Of a DNA stretch of 64,000 nucleotides, positions 41,386 through 55,482 are shown piece after piece. The stretch's first letter is position 1. Every line of letters begins with the position of its first letter. Origin of the DNA: Octopus vulgaris (lineage: Eukaryota). The position numbers and the translations under genes were made by a program. Below the pieces are notes generated by a model, which made no database searches, was not told the DNA's origin, and saw nothing but the letters and a program-made list of their open reading frames with translations. The stretch covers positions 204,228,001-204,292,000 of the forward strand of contig OX597815.1 of the NCBI GenBank assembly GCA_951406725.2, read 5' to 3'.

Positions 41386-41605
41386 TATTATTTGGATTCT
41401 GAACCTCATCTAAAGATAAGATCAGGAAACCGAATAGTTGATAAGATTAATACTGTTTAGCTAGGAATAACAAAAAATGAAAATTTACATCATTACGTTT
41501 CAATTGGTTTCATCTCCAATCAACGTTAGATATTTCTGATACTCGCTATTTAAATAGTACCTAACTAGATTTGAATTAGATATATTCATTCCTAAACAAA
41601 GGATA

Positions 41606-42000
41606 TCTTTATATATAAAAGTGAAGTTGTGTGTCTGTCTCCTACGATTTAGATTCCTAACTACTCCCACATTTTGCGGTGCAGTTTAACCAAAACCGGG
41701 TATCTTATAGTCGTGATTCATATCGAGCCCGTCTGGGTATTAGCGCGCGTCTACGATGAGTCTACGATTTTAAAAAAATTACCATAATTTTTTCCCCATT
41801 TTTAATGCATTTTTCTTACTATTATATAAGGGAAGTAACTCTCTAAAAATGTATTATTAAATCTCAGAACGTAAAAAGCTACAGTAACACCCCACTTTGT
41901 GGTTAGCCATATTGAGATGGCTATTATACTTTACATCTCTAAAAATGCTTATATAGTTATTTCCCTTACAAACCCGAGCAACGCCGGGCGATACTACTAG
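41606..42000 (+). mobile_element. Non-autonomous Helitron
   Basis: A|TC start, CCCGAGCAACGCCGGG hairpin, CTAG|T end. Confidence 0.9.
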
Positions 42001-42039
42001 TTACATATAACTCTAATATTATGTGCACATTATGAAAAG

Positions 42040-42480
42040 CAGCGAGCTAGCATAATTGTTCCCGCGCCGGAAAAAGTGCTTAGCAGCACTGAGCTGTCTT
42101 TACGTTTTCAGTTCACATTCCACAGACGTCGACTATGCCTTTCATCCTTTCGTAGTCGATAAAATAAATACTAGCTGAGCATTGGGGGTCGATGTAACTG
42201 ACTTACCCACTTCCCCGAAATTGCTAGCCTTGTACCAAAATTTGAAACCAATATGCATATATCTGTCAGTAGGCTGGCAGAACCGTTAGCATGCCAGCAA
42301 AATGCTCTGTAGCATTATGTCTGTCTTCACATTCTGAGTTCAAATTCCACCGAGATCGACTTTGCCTTTTATGTTCTCGGAGGCGATAATATAAGTACCA
42401 GTTAAGCACTTGGGTCAATGAAATCGCCTTACCCCTTCCTCCAAACTTGCTGGTCTTGTGCCAAAACTTGAAACCAATAT
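42040..42480 (+). mobile_element. Two tandem old family-C-related SINEs with the alternative tail (CCTTGTGCCAAAATTTGAAACC-like)
   Basis: Degenerate head plus GCCTTTCATCCTTTCG core, twice. Similar old copies lie near 25880-26230, 40620-40750, 56325-56760 and 57990-58420. Confidence 0.75.
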
Positions 42481-45400
42481 TATGAAAACATTTACAAATT
42501 AGATCTGAAGACGATCGTAGATTTTCATTCTTAAAACTTAGCGTAGATATGTAAAATATGCTTAAATGAGAAAAATATCTCAGTAACAGCGTATCTCAGA
42601 CATTTCCCTTACCATATATCATCTCAAATGTTGTGCATAAGACGAATAGGGTTTAACGGCTCATCTGAACGCAGGCTTTGAATAGAAACTGCAAATATAG
42701 TCATAAGGTTTTCATATAAAAAGAAAATCATTAGAAAGAGCTGCAATTACAAAATAACTTTGCAAGTTAACTTACTGGAACCCAATATATTTTTAGATAT
42801 AATATTCACTATTTTACTGACCGATATATCACCCATATGTCTCACCCTTAATCTTTATTCAAATATATAGAAGCAGAACACTGTATAGTTGTTACCACCA
42901 GATGAAAGACCATGTAACTCTGCTTCAATCAAGTCTGATAATGACCTCAAATCCATAATGATAAATCTTAAATTGTAATCGCTGATGTTTCTTTATCAAA
43001 GTTCCTTCATTATAGAAACTAATTGACTTGTATCTCAAAATAACTAGACAGGAAGACTATATATGTTTTCAGATTTGCTGCCATATATGTTTCATAAATA
43101 TTTTCTTGTGAGAGATTTATCAAATATCTGTATGTCTTCTTTTTTATGTCACGTCTTGAAATCAGTGGCATTTATCAATGAGCGATTTCCTTTATTCGAT
43201 TCAAAAATGAGGAAGTGAATTTCGTAATGGTGAAGACTTTCCCACGAGTATACTTGACGTCAACTACTCAATAATTCAATCAACCCATATATTTCCTGTC
43301 CTAAGGCCAGTAATTTACCTGAATGGGTAAAGCGACGTACAAAATATTGAGCTGTATTTAGCTACTTCTTTTCACGTTCTGAGAGCATATGTAACCGAGG
43401 TCGACGTCATGATCCATCCTTTCAGAATTGATAAAACAAAGTATCTGCCAAGAAGTGGAGTAGATTTAATCAACTATGTCTTACCCTAAGTTGTATGACA
43501 TCACAACTCTATTGATCGTTAAAAGAAAGTATTAAAGAGTAATTGTTCAAATTTAGTCAAGTATAAACTCCTACCAATATCCGTGACATTCTACTATGCT
43601 TAAAGACCAATATCTATATCACAGTAGCAAGTGCCTCAAAATGATAAATAAATTACTCTCATGCCAAACTCTACGACGCGGGTTCTGTTCCTCGTTGAAC
43701 ATGTTTACTGCTGTTTAATGACCTTAAAAATTTATGGAAGTCATAACGTCTTATTTTCTTTGCCTCCCCTTAAATGTAGTTCCTTGTTTTGATAAAATGA
43801 AACTAATATAATCTGTTTGGAAAAATATCATCAGCCAACAAATACCATGCTTGCAACTTTGAATTACAAAGCGGCTTCAAACCCCAATCGAAATTATCTC
43901 GTGGACGTGCACCTTGGATAAAGCAGTCGTTCATACAATATGTCAATAAAAACAATGGAATGGTTATGTCAGGAATGCCTTTCACCATGGAATTTTTTTT
44001 CTGGATATGATATAGTGCTTAACAATAATGACTAATTGTCTTGCTAGTGGCAAGAACATCATTTATATTATCCTTCGGATAAGACTTTTAATGTGATATT
44101 GTTCCTCTCTTTTAAATTATAAAGTATAGTATCTTTATTACAATCGAGATAATTGCTTAAATTTTAATCATTACTGGTTTATTTTAAATAAGATATATAA
44201 AAAAGAGAAAACTGGACTTTACGTGAATATTGTTCTTTAAAAATAAGCTACAATTTCAAACATCCAAATCATCTCACTGACTGTCCCATACCTCACAAGT
44301 AGAATTCTTGCTTGTTCTGTCTTTATGTAGTGAATGGCCTACGTAAGAAATGAAATGAAATCAGTCTGACACATTTCCAGCAGAAAACGTTAAAGTTAGC
44401 CTCGCAAATCAACGGAACGCTGGTTGATTTCAGTGATGGCTCTTTTTAAACTGATTTAGTTTACCATAAAAGTTTACCATTGAATTCTTTGGTACCTATT
44501 TACAGATATGTAATTTAGTTGAGAGGTGAGTGTTCTTACGGGTAACAAATTGCTATGCTGATAACTTTTACGAATAATCGACTCGGATCTTTTTCGAGCT
44601 GATCGATTTGGCTAACTATAGTTCCCTTTTTCTCATAAGACTTTAATATATTCTAATACACTGTGAGAAAAAGAAGTATCTTTAATTTCTGTATGCAATT
44701 CACATTATATATTTATTGCAAGATTTTATGGATTTTCGGTGCTATAGTTTCATTGCATGCTTCAGGCATTATATTATATTTCTGTATAAGATACTTAATT
44801 TTAACTGCTACAGTTTACCATACTGTACAACGAACACCAGGTCTTAATTGATAAAATGTCACAGATAGTTTAGCATCAACGTGAAGGATATTAGCTTTTA
44901 CTTGCTGAAAGCCTGCAGAAATTTTAGTTAATCATCAGTTCTATAGAGTTTTTGGAGATTGAGAATGCATAAAATATTCCCACATCTGTTTTAATATCTC
45001 GTCGAAAATACCTTTAAGTGTTCAATTGTACCAAAAGAAAGCAAATTTATAACTCTTGACCATTCATAATCTTACGTTGCGACTAGGTCAGTACTGGAGA
45101 ACAAGAGATAAGCGCTCTGCGAGAACTGTGTTGATGCAAGTTTAATTGACGACATATCCTTTCCTTGCCTTCCTAATGCTCATAAGGAAGACAAAAATTA
45201 CTGCACCCTATTTCTTCTACCTTATAATTTTTCTTGCTGAATCGGGTGGGAGGGATCGTAGCCATTACCATTGTAGTCCCTCCGAGACTGATAAGTTAAT
45301 ATTCCGTTTAAAATATTGCAGGTAAGGTTGAACAGAGAAAAAATTCCAGAGAACAACGTTCTGGAGAAGAAAGGCAGGGTATAGAAATTCATCCGGAAGA

Positions 45401-46184
45401 AAAATATATAAAAATCCATTTTATTTTATATAAGACTATTTTTATGACATAGAAAGATAATTCGATTAGTGAACATGGTTTGATCTCATGACCTGTCAAT
45501 GTCATAATCAGATCAATATCCCGAGTAATGGCATTATAAATAAAAGTTCACATTGCATTAATGTAGCTTATCTTTTATATTTGGAAATAATTTGGGTCAA
45601 ACAATAATCTAGTCCTAGGGGATCTATCATCAACTAATTAAACTAAACTAAATGGTCCTGCAATGCTCTGTTCAAAGGTTAGGACAATTTGTATTAGTAA
45701 AGTAGTCGTAACTCAAATGAAATGTTAACGACTTCTGGTTAAATGCCCCATCAATTAACTTATGGCCTGCTGTTTTCAATTGATAATAAAAAGAATATTG
45801 ACACAGACGAAAAATATTTTACTTCAAAGGATATCCGTATGTGTGCGCGCGTATATATATGTGTATGCATGCATCTTCGTGTGCGTCTATGTATGTATGT
45901 ATGTATGTATGTATGTATGTATGTATGTATGTATGTATGTATGTATGTATGTATGTATGTATGTATGTATGTATGTACTGTAGACATATATATGTATATA
46001 CTGCATACGTACATACATATATATAGAGAGAGAGTGAGAGAGAGAAGGGTAGAAACGTAGTGATATAGTGGTACCCAAGCATGGCCAATTTTCTTTGAAT
46101 GAAGAAGTAAACAAATAAAAGGAAATATATATATGTGTGTGTATGTATGTATGTATGTATGTATGTATGTATGTATGTATGACG

Positions 46185-46461
46185 TGGCACTCCGTCGGTT
46201 ACGACGACGAGGGTTCCAGTTGATACGATCAACGGAACAGCCTGCTCGTGAAATTAACGTGCAAATAGCTGAGCACTCCACAGACACGTGTACCCTTAAC
46301 GTAGTTCTCGGGGAGATCCAGCGTGACACAGAGTGTGACAAGGCTGGCCTTTTTGAAATACAGGTACAACAGAAACAGGAAGTAAGAGTGAGAGAAAGTT
46401 GTGGTGAATGAGTAGAGCAGGGTTCGGCACCACCACCACCCCCTGCCGGAGCCTCGTGGAG
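46185..46461 (-). mobile_element. SINE family B, 5'-truncated
   Basis: Matches the body of 38936-39324 and is joined to the mariner fragment at GGAG. Confidence 0.9.
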
Positions 46462-46920
46462 ATCTAAAGCGAACGGCTTGAGCGGTTAAAGTCAGCGCTA
46501 GAAGAAAAACGATTATCTTTGGTTTCAAGACGAAAAGTGTTCTTCCATCAGGATAATGCTAGGCCACATACAGCGAGGATGACATTCCAAAGGCTAGAGC
46601 AGTTTGAATGGGAAACGGTGCTTCACTCACCATATTTGCCGAGCATCGTCCCATCTGATTATTATGTCGTCCGCAGTCTTCAAAATCATTTGGACGGAAA
46701 AAAATATGAATTCCGTAGACGAAATCAGAACAATACTGGAGGAGTATTTCGCGTCATGGAAAGTGAATTTTGGAAGAGGGGCCTTGCAAGTCTACCAAAA
46801 GGATGGAAGAGCGTTGTAGAAAATGAAGGAGAGTATGTTTTAGATTTAAAAAGAACATTATTTTAATTTTGAAAAATAAAAGCAGTATAAAAAATTCGCA
46901 TTATTTATGAGATGACCCAA
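46458..46920 (+). mobile_element. Mariner 3' third, same family as 11284-12527
   Basis: HQDNARPH...HSPYLPSIVPSDY. Right TIR GCATTATTTATGAGATGACCCAA|TA. Confidence 0.92.
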
Positions 46921-47496
46921 TACATACATATATGAGTACATGTATAAGCGCTTGTGCATGTTTGCGTGTACGTGTATCTTTATGTACGCCTTATGAAAGT
47001 TAAGTTAACTTCCAGTTCACCCGGACATTCTTGCATCAGTCAGGACACCTTGGACAAGTGCATTCGCCAAAGTGTCGGGTCGATCCATGCCTTTTGGGTG
47101 ACATTAGATAGACAGAAGCTGGTTGGAAGCCAGTCGAAATGATTGTCTCTAATTACAGTCAGTTTTGTCAAACTATATTTCTATGATTCCGTCTGGGCAT
47201 TACGCTAAAGTATTCATGTTGTTGGAATACTCAACCGGTTACAGTATAATTCATATTGTAGGTAGCTCAGTTGATCGAAAAACAGGAATACTTTATTTAC
47301 ATCGAAACTGACGGAAGACTCATCAAATTTCAATTACTTATGTATATTGAATGTATATATATCTGCGTGTGTGTCTGTGTTTGGCTGTGTGTGTGTGTAC
47401 CGATGTATATATGTACGTAATATGTATACATATATATATTTCAAACCTTCTTTCGTATATAATTCTACTCGTGCGGTACCCTACAACTCCACTTTG

Positions 47497-47935
<439 letters not shown>

Positions 47936-48733
47936 CGTTAGAATTGAATGCAATGCTTTTAATTTGGTTGATGTTTCTTAGGTCTTCCTCGAATGTAGAT
48001 CATGTGGAAAATGTAATGGCTGCAATATACATGGAGATAATTAGATAATTCTGTGAATGCTTCCTAAAAGCAACAACCAACTCATAAAATAACACAAAAT
48101 AAACACAACGCGTGGGTGACAATTACAACAAATTCGGGTAGCAACCATTACTGAATAAATGGCTTTTGATATAAAGTTGAGCATCAAACAAAATTTCAAA
48201 CTCCAGATTACGAACATTGCTCAAGGAGAGAGCAAAGTGAAGCATCGTTTGTGGGCCGAGATAGCGGAAGATAATAAAAGGAATGGTTAGATTTCAAAGA
48301 ACAGGGAATTATTTACTTAATCAATATAAGCGTGGGCCAAATAACTAATCGTTTCACTTACAAAGGAGTGACATCACTTTCATCGTCTGACTACATGCAA
48401 ACTGATAAGCAGAATGTAATTTATATATATATTAGATGGATATCATAAGTACTCTATGAATACGTAGCGTCTATGTCCGAAGAGTGTTAGTGGTGAAAAC
48501 GTGACAAGTTATAAGATACATACATATACAACACGCACACACGTAGGTATCACACACGTCCACGTATACGCATTTACACATATATGTACTTACATATATA
48601 TATGTACTTACATATATATATGTACTTACATATATATATACAGATATATATACATCTACATATATATATGTACATATATATATATATACAGATATATATA
48701 TACATATATATATATACATATATATACACACAC

Positions 48734-48790
<57 letters not shown>

Positions 48791-48895
48791 CAAATATATA
48801 TATATATACATACATACATACATACATATATACATACATACATATATATATATATGCATACATATATATATATATACATACACATATATATATAT

Positions 48896-48926
<31 letters not shown>

Positions 48927-48971
48927 CATACATACATACATATGTATATATACATACATACATACATATAG

Positions 48972-49420
48972 CTTTTATCTTTTATCATTTACTTGTTTCA
49001 GTCATTAGACTGCGGCCATGCTGGGCAACACCTTTAAAGGTTTTTAGTCGAATAAATTGACCACAGGATTTATTTTTTTTAAAGCCCTATACTTATTCTA
49101 CCGGTATATTTTTACCGAATCGCTAAGTTACGGGCACGTAAACACCCCAACACCGGGTGTCAAGCGGTGCTGAGAGACAAACACTGACACACAGACACAC
49201 ACACAAACACACAGATACACATACACATACACGGCATGTATGATATATATATATACTGCAGACTTCTTTCAGTTTCCGTCTACCACATCCACTCGCAAGG
49301 CTTTGGTCGGTTCGAAACTATAGTAGAAGACACTTGCCCAAGGTGTCATGGAGTGGGATTGAACCCGGAACCATGTGGTTGGGTAGCAAGTTTCTTACCA
49401 TACTACCACGCCAGGGCCAT
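48972..49420 (-). mobile_element. SINE family A, diverged
   Basis: Reverse match to the family A head, body and tail. Confidence 0.85.
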
Positions 49421-49674
49421 GTATATATGATGGCCGCCAGTTCGATTTCGAACATAACCACACTTTATTGCTGGTGTTCGCCACATGTGGTAGGTTTAAT
49501 GGCTTTTCTGTTATGGTGTCTCGTATGACTACCAACGTCTGCATTGTTTTAAATATTTCGAAACTAAGGGACGCATAATTTTTTCAGGAATTACACCAAC
49601 AGCTACTTTTGCATTCATCTCTTTGTCCAATATAAATTTTCAATGCAGCAGATGAGCACACATTTGGATATAAT

Positions 49675-50059
49675 GGAGTGGAAGCACTCCGTCGGTTACG
49701 ACGATGAGGGTTCCGGTTGATCCGATCAACGGAACAGCCTGCTCGTGAAATTAACGTGTAAGTGGCTGAACATTCCACAGATACGTGTACCCTTAACGCA
49801 GTTCTCGGGGATATTCAGCGTGACACAGAGAGTGACAAGGCCGGCCCTTTGAAATACAGATACAACAGAAACAGGAAGTAAGAGTGAGAGAAAGTTGTGG
49901 TGAAAGAGTACAGCAGGGATCACCACCATCCCCTGCCGGAGCCTCGTGGAGCTTTAGGTGTTTTCGCTCAATAAACACTCACAACGCCCGGTCTGGGAAT
50001 CGAAACTGCGATCCTATGATCACGAGTCCGCTGCCCTAACCACTGGGCCATTGCGCCTC
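49675..50059 (-). mobile_element. SINE family B, full length
   Basis: TSD CACATTTGGATATAAT at 49659-49674 and 50060-50075. Confidence 0.93.
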
Positions 50060-50365
50060 CACATTTGGATATAATATACACGCACACATATATAAATGTG
50101 TGTCTGTGTGTGCATGTGTGTGCTACGTTTATCCAACAGCGTTACACCGCTAAAACTTAGTGGCTATTCAAGCAGTGAATTAGCGGATAATTAATGGGAT
50201 GGATGTGGTACTGAGGGAGGAGCAGGAACTCCTGAAATATGCATATACGTCCATTACATATTTCTCTATCTTCGATCACACTGTTTATAGGGACGTATTC
50301 GCATACGCAATGTCATATCTTTCAGCGCTGGCTCTGGATTCTATAAAAATCTGTAGAGATACACT

Positions 50366-50429
<64 letters not shown>

Positions 50430-51086
50430 TAATAAAATATTAGGAAATAAATCCAAACTTACAGGGAAAAATCAGATATAGGATTAAATCCAATTTTAAA
50501 GTATAAATATATTATATTTTATTATAATAATAAATTAGAGATAAAACCACTATTAGGCAAATCAAACAATGAAAAACATAAGCCAATACATAAAATTAAT
50601 TTAATTTATATTATTTTAAATATATATCATATTGGTGTGTGAAAGCACGTGGTTGGATATATAGAAAATAGTAAAAAGTGAAAAAACTACAGAAGGCTTG
50701 TTTTATAAGGTTAAAGAAAATATTTGAGTCATTATGTTGGAAGAATGTTATAAAAATTTTTGATACAGTAACATAGTTTTTGAAGAAATTACCGGTTTCG
50801 TGTTAACTTTTCAAATTTCTCAAGTGTCTTTACCTACGTCATGTTATGTCTTTGTTATGAAGTGCAAAGAGGAGTTCCAGGTAGGGGGAGGTAATGAGCG
50901 ATTTCTTCCGGTATAAGGGAGATAATCGCTTTATATTTCTTTTCCCTTTATCTAATGGGGTGAGTTTGTCTGTATAAGAATGTTAGAGTGGTTTAGTTTG
51001 GGTTTATATTTTTCAATGAAGAATGTTTCCTTGTTTAATCTAATTTGTGTTGGTGTTCCAATAGCACATTGATAGAATGGAAAGAT
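50430..51086 (-). mobile_element. Penelope-like 3' end (GIY-YIG C-terminus plus pseudo-LTR)
   Basis: IFPFYQCAIGTPTQIRLNKETFFIEKYKPKLN. Degenerate ...CGAAACCGGTA near 50790-50800. Confidence 0.7.
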
Positions 51087-51187
51087 TAAAAATTGTGGTA
51101 GTAGTTGCTTTGCGCATTTCTCAATATGCTCACTATTTCAGGCCTTGTGCCTATACTAGAAAGGATATATATACATATACATACATG

Positions 51188-51223
<36 letters not shown>

Positions 51224-51833
51224 CATATGTAAACACACACACACATATATATATATATATACATATGTATACATATACATACATACACATATATATACAT
51301 ATATATATATACTTACATATATATATACATACATATATATACTTACATATATATACATACTTATATATATATATATATATACACATACATACATACACTC
51401 ATGTATATATAGTAGCTGGTCCTGTGCCGTGAAAAATGACAGCTATATATAGTATTTTATATATAAATAAGATACAGATTAATCAAATATAAAAACATTC
51501 ACATACTTCCCTTGTACACGCACACACATACACACATATACTCACACAGTTGAAACGCCGTTTGATTTTTCTTTTCAGCGTTGAATGTTCATCATCCCAC
51601 TTCCATTGCACTACACACACACAGTCACACCGACACACACACGCACACAAAGATTCACATACATCCCTTTTATATACACACGCATGTACTCACACAAATT
51701 TGAAACGCTGTTTGACTTTTTTTCACCGTAGAACTTCCATCGTCCCACTACCAGCTTTTCCATCACCGCTTCATGTCTCATTCAATATGTTGGGACGGAG
51801 CAATACACAAGAGTATTATTATAATAGATGCAT

Positions 51834-51873
<40 letters not shown>

Positions 51874-51935
51874 TCAAATGAAATAAAAAACAGAACATAA
51901 AGGATATCGCGGTGCACGTTTTTCAAGCTTTATAA

Positions 51936-52260
51936 ACATCAATGTGTAATCGACATAATAGATGGTTTAAAGCTCTCTTCAGCCGCATGCAATCTACTCA
52001 ACATTCACTCTATGTTGACTGATGATAGAGTATGGACGGATTTTTGAAGTCCAATGGTACCCTACACACATATTTGATTATGAAGATTTACAAACATACT
52101 TTCTCAGTGAAACTCAATATACCCACCATTATAGATAATACCAAATGTACATTTTCGGATTTTTCATGATTTCATAATGTGATGTAATTCTTTGGTATAG
52201 CAATTGCATGCGGCTGAAGAGAGCTTTAAATCATCTGTTATATTGATTACACATTGATGT
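51936..52260. repeat. ~58-bp inverted repeat pair (MITE-like remnant)
   Basis: ACATCAATGTGTAATC...TTTAAAGCTCTCTTCAGCCGCATGCAAT at 51936-51993 versus its reverse complement at 52203-52260. Confidence 0.8.
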
Positions 52261-52685
52261 AAGAATAGGTTGTTGATCTGGGGTGAGAGCTATATCTTGG
52301 AAATCCGCCGGCCCAATGGTTTCCCTTCGTGGCAGAATTAATAGTCAAAACTATTTAAGCATTTTATTTTATCAAATTCATCCTATCGTTGTGGAACTGT
52401 TTCCGGAGGGTAACGCAATCTTTCAGAATGATAAAGCACCAATTCACACAGCTAAAGTTGTTACTGAATGGCTCGAGGAATATTCTAGTGAAGTTGAACA
52501 TCTTATCTGGCCACCACAGTCCCCAGATCTCAATATTATTGAACATTTATGGTGCACTTTAGAAAAACAAGTAAGGAGTCGATATCCTCCACCATCATCA
52601 CTACAAGAACTGAGAATTGTTTTAGCTGAAGAATGGACAAAAATTCCTTTTAAAACAATTCAAACTTAGTACGAGTCCATACCTC

Positions 52686-53357
52686 TTGGTGGATTCCTCC
52701 TTTTCGCCTTCGGCCCAGTGCGTCCATGCTGCCAACAAAGCACGCGGAATTCTGTTCTTGATTCGACGGTCATTCGGAATGCTCACAGCAGCCATATTCC
52801 TACCACTCTATGTCACGCTGGTGAGACCCATATTGGAGTATGGGATTCAAGCCTCTTCTCCTTATCTCCTCAAAGACATACAGCATCTCGAAAGAGTCCA
52901 GAAGCTGGCTACCCGCATGGTTCATGGTCTCAAAAATTTGTCCTACGAAGAAAGGCTGAGGACGCTCGACCTTTATTCTCTTGAAAAACGCCGCCGCCGT
53001 GGTGATCTCATTCTCGCCCACAACATCATAAGCGGAAAGTGTAACCTCTCGAAAGAGCTGTTCTTCACTCCTGCTCCAGAGCGTCGGCTGCGGGGTCATT
53101 CCGAAAAGCTCTACCTGCGACGATTTCATCTCAATCGAAGGAGAGGAGCTTTCTCCGTCCGGGTTGCGGATCCGTGGAACAAGCTGCCAGACGAGATGGT
53201 GAAGATGCCGACGAACGCTTTGTTCAAAGCCTCCCTTGACTTCAAGTGGCCTGAACTCTTTACATGAACACCACCCTGTACTTAACTCCATGTCCCCCTA
53301 CATGGCCTTGCTATTTGCTTTTGAGCCAAATTAACTAACTAACTAACTAACTAACTA
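52686..53357 (+). mobile_element. Young CR1-clade LINE 3' fragment, copy 1, (TAAC)n tail
   Basis: Uninterrupted 193-codon frame (LYVTLVRPILEYG...LERVQKLATRMV...LSYEERL...FSVRVADPWNKLP). TSD ACCTC at 52681-52685 and 53358-53362. Confidence 0.93.
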
Positions 53358-53418
53358 ACCTCGTAGAATTCAAGCTGTCCTTTTAAAACAATTCAAACTT
53401 AGTACGAGTCCATACCTC

Positions 53419-54060
53419 TTGGTGGATTCCTCCTTTTCGCCTTCGGCCCAGTGCGTCCATGCTGCCAACAAAGCACGCGGAATTCTGTTCTTGATTCGAC
53501 GGTCATTCGGAATGCTCACAGCAGCCATATTCCTACCACTCTATGTCACGCTGGTGAGACCCATATTGGAGTATGGGATTCAAGCCTCTTCTCCTTATCT
53601 CCTCAAAGACATACAGCATCTCGAAAGAGTCCAGAAGCTGGCTACCCGCATGGTTCATGGTCTCAAAAATTTGTCCTACGAAGAAAGGCTGAGGACGCTC
53701 GACCTTTATTCTCTTGAAAAACGCCGCCGCCGTGGTGATCTCATTCTCGCCCACAACATCATAAGCGGAAAGTGTAACCTCTCGAAAGAGCTGTTCTTCA
53801 CTCCTGCTCCAGAGCGTCGGCTGCGGGGTCATTCCGAAAAGCTCTACCTGCGACGATTTCATCTCAATCGAAGGAGAGGAGCTTTCTCCGTCCGGGTTGC
53901 GGATCCGTGGAACAAGCTGCCAGACGAGATGGTGAAGATGCCGACGAACGCTTTGTTCAAAGCCTCACTTGACTTCAAGTGGCCTGAACTCTTTACATGA
54001 ACACCACCCTGTACTTAACTCCATGTCCCCCTACATGGCCTTGCTATTTGCTTTTGAGCC

Positions 54061-54098
<38 letters not shown>
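53419..54098 (+). mobile_element. Young CR1-clade LINE 3' fragment, copy 2
   Basis: Identical translation and the same 5' truncation point as copy 1, offset by 733 bp. Confidence 0.93.
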
Positions 54099-54100
<2 letters not shown>

Positions 54101-54203
54101 CTCGTAGAATTCAAGCTGTAATTATTGCCAAAGGTGGTCCTACCCCATATTAAAATAAATTTGTCTGAAATTTTAAGGTGTTTCCATTATTTTGTCCAAC
54201 CGT

Positions 54204-54243
<40 letters not shown>

Positions 54244-54246
<3 letters not shown>

Positions 54247-54410
54247 AGAATTCGCAAAAAAAAAAGATAGGTGGTGTAGACAACAAAGAGATGTATTGGT
54301 TTAACTCTCGGGAAATGAAAAAGTATTTAACGTTTCGAGCCTACGTTCTTCCACAGAAAGGAACAAAGAGAGAAAATAAAGAATGAGTAGTGGCTAGCGA
54401 CCTATCATGG
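54244..54410 (-). mobile_element. Degenerate copy of the short hammerhead-bearing element
   Basis: Minus strand GTGGAAGAACGTAGGCTCGAAACGTTAAA, within TA tracts. Confidence 0.6.
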
Positions 54411-55369
54411 CATATATATATCACACGTGTATATGACTGCGGGGAAATTATGCCTAGTGGGTATTGGCTAAGTCCATAAACGATGCTTGTTGCAGCGTAT
54501 TCAAATAGATGTGTTCAATAGGCTGCAAATGGCGACACTTGAAGTCCCTGGCAAACCAATACGTATAATAAATGTGATTCTGCTGTATCTGTTGAGTCTT
54601 TTGACTACTTGGTCAAGTTATTCTCCCATTGCTTTGGGTCTACCGAATCCTTATCACGGAAGTTCTGTTGAGGAGAAATTATTTTGGTAGCCTGTCTTAA
54701 GCACTTTACATATTTGGGGGTAGGAGACAGACTTAATCTCGTATTGGGTTTAACAACACGACGTGCTTTGCAGGCCCTTTAATGAAATGCAATTTGTTGA
54801 ATGCATTGGAACCAGTTCTTCTGTCTCAGAATAACTGTCCAGCAAAGAGTTATGGTCCTTGTCTTCCCTACTTTGATAAAGTTTTCAAAATGTTTGTGCA
54901 TCTTATTTCTTTTATTCTTTAGCTTATGGTCAACCGTGATTGCACACACCTATGAACAGAGGTATTGCTTTCGTTACTGTTCCGTGCAGGAAACTCGGGT
55001 CTATGTTCTGCAATGTATCTTTTATCTTTTTTTAATCTTTGAAACGTTCACGCAGTCCTTCTGAGGGAAACATGGCTATCATTTCTAATAGATTCAGCGA
55101 GTGCATTGAGGCTTCATAGTTGGTGAAATGTGAGTTAGTTTGTGTGCGTATATGTATAGACATGTGTTCTGGTATGTATGTGTATTTATGTAATTGTGTG
55201 TGCACTTACATGTGAACCTATTTGTACCGAACTTGTAGATATGGACATGGATATAAGCTGCACGCGTACGTACACACATCTGCATGTATGTATATACACA
55301 TATATGTATGTATATTATATATATATATATATGAGGTATAGATAGATACATACATACATACATACATAC

Positions 55370-55400
<31 letters not shown>

Positions 55401-55446
55401 TGTATGTATGTATGTATGTATTATGTATGTATTATGTATGTATGTA

Positions 55447-55482
<36 letters not shown>

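Larger units (their letters stand above)
52262..54205 (+). mobile_element. Tc1 (DD34E-type) 3' half interrupted by duplicated CR1 insertions
   Basis: IFQNDKAPIH...WPPQSPDLNIIEHLW...YESIP|RRIQAVIIAKGGPTPY. Terminus TCCATTATTTTGTCCAACCGTTG|TA. Confidence 0.9.

Noticed and set aside
43803-43988. 61-aa ORF in unique sequence
   Set aside because: It has no recognisable motif, and its phase does not fit the candidate exon at 44292-44338.
53330-53359. (TAAC)n as a telomeric repeat
   Set aside because: It is the 3' tail of the CR1 element and is not TTAGGG.
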